From positions 7,440,001 to 7,504,000 of the forward strand of contig JAQFVV010000008.1 of NCBI GenBank assembly GCA_028023455.1: DNA of 64,000 nt. Reading direction: 5' to 3'. The translations under genes were made by a program, and so were the position numbers. Below, piece by piece: positions 27,551 to 38,700 of this stretch. Every line of letters starts with the position of its first letter. The first letter of the stretch is position 1. Below the pieces are notes generated by a model, which saw nothing but the letters and a program-made list of their open reading frames with translations, did no database searches and had not been told where the DNA came from. This DNA is from Epiperipatus broadwayi. Its lineage: Eukaryota > Animalia > Onychophora.

Positions 27551-27750
27551 ATAATTTTCCAACAATGATGGAAAAAGTTTTTTCTGTTACTGCGCCAATT
27601 GTTTAAACCGGTGTAATTTATTCTAATTTTTCCAGCCGTGAGGGAAAAATTTTTCTGTTTTACTGCGCCAAATGTGTTATAACTGGCGCAGTTTATTTTA
27701 TAATTTTTCCATCCGTGAGGGAAAAATTTCACTGTGACTGCGCCAAAATC
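27551..27750 (-). promoter_or_regulatory. tRNA-Ser PBS plus a tandem ~75-bp repeat array carrying extra PBS cores
   Basis: ACTGCGCCA (reverse complement of TGGCGCAGT) at 27589-27597, 27662-27670 and 27737-27745; opposite-orientation TGGCGCAGT at 27684-27692. Arthropod tRNA-Ser ends ...GACTGCGCCA. Confidence 0.75.
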
Positions 27751-28336
27751 TGTTGTGTTTGGTTAGGCTTGCAGGTTCATTTCCAAACCAACAGATACAA
27801 AACGAACAACTATTCAGCAATAAATATGTATAATTTATTAGTACAAAATATATACACACGTTAGTTAACAAATATAGTTGGTATGCTTCAATGCTGAGAT
27901 AGTTGTGCGGAGTAAGGAACTCGCTTCCAGCTAATGATTAGCCTGCATCATGAGTTCTGGTAAGAAGACTCTTCCAGCTATGTAGTTAGCTTGCCTCAAG
28001 TCGGCTTTAGTTCAGACATAGCAGTTTCCAGTCCATAGGTGGACTTGCCTCACTGCGTGGACATCGTGATAATGACTAGATAAGTACCTTTGCTGATGGC
28101 AGAAGGTTTAATGGAGAGCACGTTCTGTCGTTCAGGCTAACAGAAGTAATTGCTCTCTGCCCTGCCTCCAAAAGGCTGACTATTTAAAGACAGATCCCCT
28201 ACCTTATTGGAAATGCATGGATTCAGTGCGCGAACCCCAGTGAAGGTTTTAATCCCATTGGAAAGCAATTGAGTGCTAGCCAATCAGGTAAGGAATCTGG
28301 AATAGTCCACTTCTGAAGGCAGGGTCAGATATGACA
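27751..28336 (-). repeat. 5' LTR of Gypsy element 1 (586 bp)
   Basis: TG...CA ends (TGTTG...TGACA); followed on the minus strand by the PBS. Confidence 0.93.
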
Positions 28337-29039
28337 AACTCAAAAGTATACTAATATTAAAAATGCTAAACATTAAATATAGCTGCTTGTAAAATCTTTA
28401 TGTTTCTAATGGCTAAGGATTAATCTAAACAAGTTGAATCAACTATGGGTTCTAAAAATAAAAAAGTAAATAAAGATAAGATTAATATTAACTTGCCATT
28501 TTTTTAATAGTAATGTTAGTATTAGGGTGAATCTTGCACAAATACTCTGAGAAAAATAAAGCCTTAATTTATAATAATACAAAATGTGTCAGACATCAGA
28601 TATAATCTAATGTTGCCTTGAAAGATTTTACTTATTTTAAAATTGAATGGGTATTAGCCAATAACAATTAAAACTTGACACTTACAAGAGATTTTTATTT
28701 TTGCCCTCTATCAAGTAAAATTCAAATCTTTACTGGTTATCATTTATTTCTTAGAAAAAGAGTATATGATTAGAAAAAAATATATTTAAAGAACAAATCC
28801 TTTTTGATAGAATTAGCCTTAATCCCAACATTCATTATGTTTATGTTTCCAAAAGCACTTGCTAAGATTATCAAGATTTCAGTGATCCAAAAATAACAAT
28901 TTATGACCTTTTGAAATTCTCTCAAATTTGAAGGAATGTTCTGACAATATGTAACATTGCCCATTTGATCACAATTTCTTGTTATCATTTTTTACTAGCT
29001 GTCAAGCTTCAAAGTGTGTGGATAATAAATGTATGAACC

Positions 29040-29516
29040 TGATATGTCTTGAAGTTCGCCGTGGAGGGTGGTCCAGAAGTTACACTATGGGTCGGATCAG
29101 GAGTATGAACACTGCGGGGATTATCCAGCCTTAATCGAGGCTCCCTATGTATCTTAGTGCTGCACTGCGCTATGATATCAAATCTCCTGAAGTTGTTGCC
29201 TTCTCCGTTGGCTCTTATATGCCATCCAGATTATATTTCTCCGATGAGTAAATTATTCCTTCTTCCTGGCCGTGGAACTTAAGTGTGACTGCCGATTTCT
29301 GGGAAGGGTTTTTTTCTCTCCATATGGCTATTGTTCTCTAAAGTATATTTTTACCAATGAAATCTCTACATTCTGAGAGCAAAAGCTTATCTCCAATCAG
29401 AAAGGTCCACTTATAAATGTAAGTAAATTCTTATTAGATAAAAGTTATCAATTGCCCCAGGGATTTCTTGAATCTTTTAACCCGTATAATTTTAATCCAA
29501 TTATATATATATAGCA
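29040..29516 (-). repeat. 3' LTR of Gypsy element 2 (477 bp)
   Basis: TG...CA; direct repeat of 33468-33943. Confidence 0.95.
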
Positions 29517-29570
29517 CTCCTCCCCTTTACTTTAGAGAACCACGGTTCCCCCCCCTTTTTTCTTTTTTTT

Positions 29571-32500
29571 TTAACACAAGTAATCTTTAAGGTAGACAGG
29601 AGGCTTCCGCACTCTTTGAGGTTTATCTTTCCCTGGTTTAAGATTACTCTCATGTGTGGTTACTTCTTCAGCCATTTGGTCAGCTCCCTTTTCTTCTATA
29701 ATTTCATGATTTAGTCCTGTGTAGGGGGGTGACTTGTTTGTTACTCGCTTCTTAATGTGGTTTGTGTGGCGACAGAATTGTGTGCCCATTTCTGATTCTA
29801 TGAGTACAATTTTGTTTGAAGGTATTTTCAAGATCACACCTGGTGTCCACTTTTTTTTTAGGGAATCTCTAACCCAAATGTTTTGACCCACCATAAATTC
29901 ATTGCATTCCTCTGTCGTAGTTTCAAAGGATTCATGTTGTGGGTGTAGTAGTGATAGTTTGGTTCTTAGTTTCCGGCCTAGTAACCTTTCAGCTGGTGAA
30001 ATCCCAGTCGATGCTATGGGTGTGGAATGTTGGTAAAGCATTGCTAACTGAAGAACTTCATGGGTTTGTTGAGATTCTGATTTGTTAAGGGCTTGCTTTA
30101 ACTGGTGTACGGCTTTTTCAGCCAGTCCATTTGACTCTGGGTGGTAGGGTGAAGTGTAAATGTGTTTGATACCCCATTCCCTTGTAAAATCTTTAAATTG
30201 GTCTGAGGTAAAACCAGAACCATTATCTGTTACCAGGCTTTCTGGTATTCCATGGAAAGCAAAAATTTCTTTGAGTTGATATTGTTTCATTAGACCCTGT
30301 ATTCCTAACTAGTCTATATTCTACCCAGTTAGAATATGCATCTATTATAACCAAGAATAGGTTTCCTCTGAAAGGCCCTGCATGGTCCATGTGGACCCGC
30401 TCCCATGGTTTAGTTGCAGTTGGCCATGATGTATACGTTCGCGGTTTCTGATTTGCAGTTGACTGGCAGTTTTTACATGCCTTTACAGTGTTTTCGATGT
30501 CTTTATCTATACCTGGCCACCATACATAGGAACGTGCCAAAGCTTTGGCTCTTACAATTCCAGGATGTCCATCATGGATCAAACTTAGGACTGCTGGGCG
30601 ACCTTGAACTGGTATGATTACTTGATCGCCTATCAGTATGCATTCTTTATTTATTGACAGTTGGTCTCGTGCTTTCCAGAATGCCACTGGGAGATTGTTG
30701 GGTAGATTAATTGGCCAGCCATTACATATCCAATTCCATATTAGTCTATACCCATCGTCTAATTTAGTCCATTTTGCTACTAACTCGCTATTCAACACAT
30801 TTGATTCCCATGTATCTATGTAGTTTATAGAGACTTGTCCTATTGTTTTTCCATTATTATCTGGTATTCGGGACAGTGCGTCAGCATGTGTTATAAAGCT
30901 GCCTCTCCTGTATTCAAGGTAATAATCATATGCAGATAATATTTCAATCCAACGCAGCATGCGTGGGCTTAAGTGATCGGGTAATTGTTTTGACCTCAAA
31001 AATATTCCCAGTAATGGTTTGTGGTCAGTGATTGCTGTAAAATGCCTTCCATATAGATATTGGTGGAACTTTTTTATCCCAAAAATGATTGCCAAGGCTT
31101 CTTTGTCTAGTTGACTATAGTTCCGTTCAGACCTTGATAATGTTCTTGAAGCATAAGCTATGGGTCGTTCACCTTCATCTGTGGGGTGGCTTATTACTGC
31201 TCCTACTCCATATTCTGATGCGTCAGTGGTTAATATTACCTGTTCATTGTTATTGTAGTTTATGAGTAGGTCATCTGATGTTAGCAAGCTTTTTGTCTTC
31301 TTGAATGCATCTTCATGTATTCTATCCCAGCCCCACTTCCGGTTTTTCTCTAATAACTCGTATAACTTACTGGCAATGTGGGCTTTTCCTTTAAGAAAAC
31401 ATTCAAAATATCCAATAAGGCCCAGGAAAGATTGTAATTCCTTGACATTCCGAGGTGTTTTTGCATTTTTAATAGCCCGTATCTTTTCAGGCATTGGTTT
31501 TTTACCACTATTGGATATTATATGTCCTAGAAATTTAATTTCTGGAATATTCCAGATACATTTTTCTTCATTTAGTCTGGCTCCTGATTTTGCTAGCTTT
31601 TCGCAAACTTCATGAACCTTGCTCTGGAGTTCTGTCTCTGAATTTGCCATTATTAATATATCATCGAAGTAAGGTATCACACCATTTATTCCTCGGAGTA
31701 GTTGGTCTATGTTTTTGATTGGAAAATATTTGGTGCGGTGGTAATTCCAAAAGGCAAACGGTTGTATTTAAATAGACCAAAAGGTGTAGTCAGTGTTAAG
31801 ATCTCTGCTGACTTTCCTGTTACTGGTATTTGGTGAAATGCAGCATTAAGGTCTAATTTTGCATAGTGAATACTTCACGCACGTTTGGCACTGGATAATT
31901 GCTTTTATTTAAAGCTGGGTTAATTGTTATCCGGTAATCCCCACAAATACGTATACTGCCGTCTGGCTTAGTAATGATTACTATAGGTGTTGCCCACTCT
32001 GAGTTTTCCGTAGGTGTTAATACCCCTTTATTTGTTAACTCTTCCAGTGCATTGGCTAGTTTTTCTCATTGCGCGTATGGCACTCTCCTTGGTTTACACA
32101 ACACAGGCTTTGCATTCTCCCTAAGCTATATTTCAACTGGTTTTGTTCTAATTTCCCCTAGTTCTTTTTTAAACAATGACGGGAATGTATTGCGTATTTC
32201 CTTTTCAATCATAATTTTTTTTGTGATAGTTATTTTGATGCCCATAGGTTTAAACCAATTTCTTCCAATTATGGGGTTTGTTTTTCCGTGAATGATATAT
32301 AACGGGAGATCGATGATTTTGCTGTTTGTTTGTACCGGAACAATAACTTTCCCGACTATTTCAATGTGTTTCCCGTTTACGTCTTTTGCTATCAGATTTG
32401 TTTTTTCTAGATTACTGGTTCGATTGCGAAATTGCATTATTGTTTTCCAATCTCTATAAGCCATTAAAGATATTCCGGAACCGCTGTCAATTTCCATGGC

Positions 32501-33384
32501 AAATGGTCGGTCAAATATTTTTACTGACAACATTATTTGATCGTTATTAACGGTTTCCGTATTTTTAATTTCCACTTGCTTGTTGTTTTTACATACTTCC
32601 GCTAAGTGTCCTATTTTCCCGCAATTTCTACATTTACTCTTTTTCCATTTACACATTTTTGCTAAATGTCCAGATTTCCGCATCTGTAACACTTCATTTC
32701 GTCATTTTCATTTCTTTCCGCGAAGTTTATTTGTTTACACGTTTTAGCTAAATGTCTGGATTTTCCGCGCCTGAAACACTTCATTTCGTCATTTCCGTTT
32801 AGTTCCACGAGGTTTATTTGAAGCCATTCTGCTGCCTTTGCGCTCTGGAATTGTTTTGATTGCTCCATAGCCGCTTCGTGTGCGAGGCCCGTTTTGATCG
32901 CTGTTTTGTATGTAAGGTCATCGATTGTTAATAACTGCTCTCGGAGCCTCCCGTCAGACATGCCTCATAAGAATTGCTGCAGTAGTGCTTCCAAATAATT
33001 CCCAAAAACACAATCTTTTGCTAACTCCTGTAGTGCAATATCGAATTTGCGAGTGTTTTCGCCTCTATTTTGCCTACGATTCTGGAAATGGAGGCGTGCT
33101 ACATGTTTGGTTGGTTTGGGGTCAAAATATTTTTGAAGTATGTCCTGTAGTTCTGAATATTTCAGTTCTTCTGGTTTTTTCGGGTTACATAAATGATTTG
33201 CTGTTTTAATTACATCTGGACCCGCAAAATACAGTAGAGTGGCAATTTTTCTCTCGTCCTTTACAATATTATTCATTAAAAGGTATTTATCTATGCGGCT
33301 TGCATATAGAGGCCATTCTGATTGTCTATGCATGTCAAATTCTCCAACGTTTACCTGCGCCATGTTTAATTTGAATGGCGTCAC
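29571..33384 (-). pseudogene. pol: Frameshifted gag-pol of Gypsy element 2
   Basis: gag EWPLYASRIDKYL; knuckle CRNCGKIGHLAEVC; protease EIDSGSGIS; RT YFDDILI; RNaseH TTDASEYGVGAVI, YSQLDKEALA, TDHKPL; integrase HDGHPGI...CKNC, RVHMDHAGP, VTDNG, YHPESNGLAE. At least five frameshifts or stops. Confidence 0.93.
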
Positions 33385-33467
33385 TTATGAATTTGTGAAT
33401 TTCGGATTACTAGTTTCCCGATGTTTATATATTTCTGAATATCCTACTGGTTTGTCAACTGCGCCAA

Positions 33468-33943
33468 TGATATGTCTTGAAGTTCGCCGTGGAGGGTGGT
33501 CCGGAAGTTACACTATGGGTCGGATCAGGAGTATGAACACTGCGGGGATTATCCGGCCTTAATCGAGGCTCCCTATGTATCTTAGTGCTGCACTGCACTA
33601 TGATATAAAATCTCCCGAAGTTGTTGCCTTCTCCGTTGGCTCTTATATGCCTTCCAGATTATATTCTCCGACGAGTAATTTATTCCTTCTTCCTGGCCGT
33701 GGAACTTAAGTGTGACTGCCGATTTCTGGGAAGGGGTTTTTTCTCTCTATATGGCTATTGTTCTCTAAAGTATATTTTTACCAATGAAATCTCTACATTC
33801 TGAGAGCAAAAGCTTTTCTCCAATCAGAAAGGTCCACTTATAAATGTAAGTAAATTCTTATTAGATAAAAGTTATCAATTGCCCCAGGGATTTCTTGAAT
33901 CTTTTAACCCGTATAATTTTAATCCAATTATATATATATAGCA
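33468..33943 (-). repeat. 5' LTR of Gypsy element 2 (476 bp)
   Basis: TG...CA; PBS immediately internal. Confidence 0.95.
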
Positions 33944-34664
33944 GAACCATAGATATTTTGATAGAAATTGATATCTAGTTATGATTTAAAAAATATAGTT
34001 CCTCATAGTAGTTTTCAATAAGAATGTCGATGAATTATTTTATTTACATCGTAATATATCCAGGGCCATGCAGTCAGTTGGCAGCTGGATAATTATATTT
34101 TTTAAATAAGAGAAAACAACTATTTAAAGTTTAAATAAATTTCAAGAGTTTATTTATTCTGAATAATTATATTAGTACGGATTAATAATTCAACTTACTA
34201 TTTGCTAATTGAAAACAGGGTTATATAAATCTCTTAACAGTTCATATCTCCATAGAGATTTAATATCTATAAACTCTCTTTAATTCTGCAATTTTGTAAC
34301 TATAATTTTGTAAGCACACTGCAGCTTACATACATTATTCTGAGATAGTCTATTTAGATTCTTGATTAGAGCTCTTTATTAATTTCTAAAACAACTTCAC
34401 TTTCACTAGTTTATGTTCCCACTAGTTACTTTTTATTTCAACCCACTTAATTCTTCTGCAGACTTTTCATCAGATTTGCATAAATTAACTTTTCTTTATA
34501 TGCAATACATGCATATTAACTTGTTGCAATTTCCAGTAAATAGTTTCTTTTTCTGCATACTAATTCTATTTCTGGAGTATTCTAGCATATCAACATTAAA
34601 AGCTTGTACACACATCTTTATTTATTCTTTAATAATAATAATAATAATAATATATATATATATA

Positions 34665-34777
34665 TATGATCACAGATAGAGCTTTACCAATAGCCCACTC
34701 AAGCTTGTTTTTAATAAATGCCGAGAGAGAATCGAAAATTCAATATCTCTTTCAAATTGTCTCCATCTGTGATCATA
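34665..34777. repeat. Small inverted-repeat-bounded element (possible MITE), 113 bp
   Basis: TATGATCACAGATAGAG (34665-34681) and CTCCATCTGTGATCATA (34761-34777) match 16/17 as reverse complements; abuts an (AAT)n/(TA)n microsatellite. Confidence 0.55.
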
Positions 34778-35642
34778 AAACGCAAGCTATAGGCAGGTTA
34801 AAAAATTTTTAACTTGTTTTTGTTTATCATATATATATACATACACGTATACATAGCACATTGATTGTCATATTTATTGGAGAGCAGCAGCTGTTAGTTC
34901 ATATTAAGAGTTTGAATATTCTAGAGATGGACTGTTTCTGAATTTAGATTTAATAACTCAATGAATTTTTTTTGTGGAAATCATCTCAACAATCTTTTGC
35001 AATTTGATGAACCTTGATAAAATTATTGTTTAGAGACATTTTTGTGGATTTTTATAGCATACTTTGATGTGAATATTGCCACAGAACTCATTGCTTAAAA
35101 ATCAAACTATTGAACTACTTACCAAAAGAATAGAATTATAATACATCCAAAGAAGAAAAAATATCTACTCATTATTTTTGGGATAATAGTTACCTAATTA
35201 TTTCTACATTGAATATTAAAGGGCAGAGTAGTTGTGGTAGATTGAAAGTTCCTTATTTTCAGAGTTTAAAATGTCCAAATTTTTGTAATTTGCAAAAAAA
35301 ATATCAATATCTTATGCCATAGATAACAGTAGGCAATGTGGATGTTATTGATTGTGCATATTAATCATATTCTCACTGCGTTATTAAAAAAGTATATTCA
35401 TGCAAGGCAAAAAGGGCAGGGATTATTATTTTTTGATATTTTTTTATCAATATAGATTACTAATAAGATTATTTCCAACCTTTCAACATCAGTAAATTTT
35501 TATTTTGAAAACTTTAAAAAAAAAAAGTATTACAATTTTTTAAACTGATAAAATGTTTTACTTCTGTTTCTATAGATGTTTAATATTTATATTTATAATA
35601 ATAATGATAATAATTGTAATAATGTATGTATTGTATTTTTAG

Positions 35643-35738
35643 GTGTCTGCTTTAGTTACCCTCTATCTCTATCTTGAAGACAGAGATACAGCATCACTAA
35701 TTTTAAATGATGCTGTATCATGGTACAAGAAAAATAAT
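35643..35738 (+). CDS. SRP72: SRP72 coding exon
   Basis: ttttag|GTG ... AAT|gtaagt; 96 nt; VSALVTLYLYLEDRDTASLILNDAVSWYKKNN vs human VSALVTMYSHEEDIDSAIEVFTQAIQWYQNH. Confidence 0.95.
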
Positions 35739-37949
35739 GTAAGTTTTTTTTTAATTTTGAAAAATGATTGTATTTTTGCTTATAAAACTTGCAATACTTT
35801 TTAAAAGAAGTAATTGAATATGTTAGAAAAATGGAGGAATGAATCTAATTCACTCTCACATTTATATCACAAATAAAATTGATATGATTTTGAAGCAGCA
35901 TTTTCATATTAGCATAATAATGTATTTTATTAATAGTCATCTCAGTAAAATCAAAGATGAAAACTAATAATTCAAGAGTTTAGTAAAATTGGTGAACAGA
36001 ACCTTGAATTACTTCAATTTTTTTCAGTCAATTGGTGAAAAGTACGAGTCTTCAGGATCTGAAACACTTTCATCTTCTATTAAATCTAGACTGTTAAGAA
36101 ATGATATCAATATTGTAATTAATGATATAAGATAATTACTAAAGCTGATGTTTTTAGTGCAACAAATTGCAAGAATACAGAAGAGAGCAGCAATAATTGA
36201 TAATTGATAGTGACAAAAAAAAAAAATTGCAATGCACATGTATGATTTTGATGAGGTGATGGTGAACATATTTAAAGGGAAAGTCAAATAGTCATTGAAT
36301 TAATAAAATAAGCAGAGTTTTAAGATCAAAATACTTGAAAAGGATTATTACCTAGCCATTGTAGTTTATAACAACTTAATAGTATTTTGCAGACTAAAAT
36401 TAAAATCAAGTCTATGATTTTTTTACCCTTAATATATATGCAGAATATATTTAATTGTAATAGGAAACTGAAAGCATAAAATAACTGTTTTTATAAACAT
36501 ATCAAACCAGATAGTTGTTAAATAATTGTTTTGAATATTTGACATTTTTTGAATAAATGCTTCTAATAAGGCAAATGGAATGGCAGGAATATATTAAAGA
36601 TATAATTTTCCTGGACATTTATTGTAAATTGTGCCATAACAAAGTTTTAAACCATAGTCAAAATTAATCAAAGATAATATAAATGCTTGCAATATTTTAA
36701 ATAATATAAATCAGCCATTTTCTCTTGTGTGCATCTAGGACCCAAGGATTTCTTGTTCTTAGCCAACATCATAATTTTAAAAAAAGCAGATCAAGTTAAA
36801 CTAATGAATAACAAGTCAGTTCTGTGAAAATCATGTTAATAAGGATGACAACATTGTTAATACTCTAAAAAAATTACATTATTTTGAAAAGAGAAAAAAC
36901 ATGATATTCTTGAAAAATGCAAATATCAAATAATTATTCAAAATAGAAATGATGTTTGTGCATACCATTTTTTTTTTGATTAAAAATGTAAAAGTAGAGA
37001 GAGAGAGAGAAGAGATGGTAAAGGGAATGAAATGACTAGATTAGGGGGAAAAGGAAAACTACATTTTATTTTTATATATTTAATAATAAAGATAAAACTT
37101 TTTTAAAATTAAAGTAAATAAGTTCATCAGTTTTATATAGGGATAGTGAATTTTAATTGAATCAGTATCCAACTTGATGGTGAAACTATATAATCCTATG
37201 TCTTACTGCATTTTATAATAATATGCTATTCCAGTCCTTCTATTATTTAATAGTTCAAATCAAAGTATAAAATGATACTACACAAATATTTTAGCTCTTT
37301 GCTACTTCACATTCATTCTATATGGAACTGATACACTTGATCAACAAAATGAAAGACAAGACTTGTGATTGTCATCAGGATTACATAACAGAAAGTCTAT
37401 GATCCCATTGATAATAATGAGACATTTAATTTGTCATAGACATGAATTTCTTTAGGAATTTGATTTCATCTGAAAATAATTTTGTCATCAATACATTACT
37501 TAATAATAAGAACAAATCATTTAATTTGTTAGCTTTCTTGGTGAATGATAAAAATAAGAGCAGCTCTTTACTGTAATGTCATTTATAATAAGCTAAAAAT
37601 TATTTGTAACTACTGCACTACCATAAATGATAATAAAGAGCTGATCTTGTTTTTATCAGTATAATACTTAGACAGCTTCAATTTCTTGGATCATCAGCTA
37701 TGGAACTTATGTGAAAATGAGAGCTGTTTTATATATTTTATGTTAAGAAAAAGAGACATAACTCTTGAAGTTGATGAATTGCCTTGGTTTTATTGTTTTT
37801 AGATAGGATCTTAAAGCATAATGTAGATGTAAAGCAAAATCATTTATTATAGAAATTAAGAAAAAATTATACTTTGGAAATTTAGCAAATTATTGCATAT
37901 TGTTTAGATTTATATTATTTTGAGAAAAACCTGTTATTAAGATTAATAT

Positions 37950-38700
37950 TTAAATATTTTAAATATAAATTTTATATTATATGTTGCCATTTTAGAAGAT
38001 CTAAAACAACATTTAATACAGGATTAGAATTCAGTCAGATAGCATATGAAAAATGAAGACAAAGTTCACATTGGAAAGGAAGATTGATTGTGGTTGGAAT
38101 GACAAAACTTAAACAATTACTGAAAATAAATATTGTATGTAGTCATATTTGAAAAAATAACTGCATAGTTCATTATATTTAACATTTTCAACATAAACAC
38201 ATTGAAAACAAAAAGCAGTTATATGTCAAATCTGATATATTGAAAATTCTGGATACTGTCTTGTCAGACAGTTAAAAAAAAAAATTGCATTGTTGAATAA
38301 AAATTATAATTGGTTGTCTAACATTTTGACAAGATTTCAACACTATTTAGATTTATGTTGGTTTGTAAGACTAATATTACTATATTTTAAATATAAATTC
38401 TGTACTAGGTGTTCTAATGCCATATCAGAAGATTTAAATCAACAGTGAATTTAGGATTATAATTCAGTCAGCATATAAAAAATGAAGCAAAATTCATAGT
38501 GGGGAGGAAGACTGATCATGATCAGAAAGACAGAACTTAGAAATTACTGAAAATAAATATTATATATAGGCATATTTGGAAAAATGTGATCTACATGTTT
38601 CATTGCATTTAACATTTTCAACATACGCATACTGAAAACAAAATTCATATGTGTGTTAAAATTCCTGGATGGTTTCTTGTTATAGTAAGGTATAACATCT
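37950..38700. repeat. Old diverged tandem duplication, period ~430 bp (boundaries approximate)
   Basis: Shared blocks ATATTTTAAATATAAAT, AATTCAGTCAG, ATTACTGAAAATAAATATT and ATTTAACATTTTCAACATA recur about 430 bp apart. Confidence 0.7.

Larger units (their letters stand above)
25103..28336 (-). mobile_element. Non-autonomous Ty3/Gypsy (Mag-like) LTR retrotransposon, 3234 bp, gag-protease only
   Basis: Direct LTRs 25103-25686 and 27751-28336; TSD AACCC/AACTC; PBS TGGCGCAGTC next to the 5' LTR; PPT GGGGAGGGA next to the 3' LTR; gag and protease present, RT/RNaseH/integrase core absent. Confidence 0.93.
29040..33943 (-). mobile_element. Near-complete Ty3/Gypsy (Mag-like) LTR retrotransposon, 4904 bp
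   Basis: LTRs 29040-29516 and 33468-33943 (about 97-98% identical by hand count); perfect TSD GAACC (29035-29039, 33944-33948); PBS TGGCGCAGTTG; PPT GTAAAGGGGAGGAG; domain order gag-PR-RT-RH-IN. Confidence 0.96.

Noticed and set aside
36020-36200. Possible RT relic (INIVINDI...ADVF...QKRAA)
   Set aside because: Weak motif similarity with stops; could be chance.
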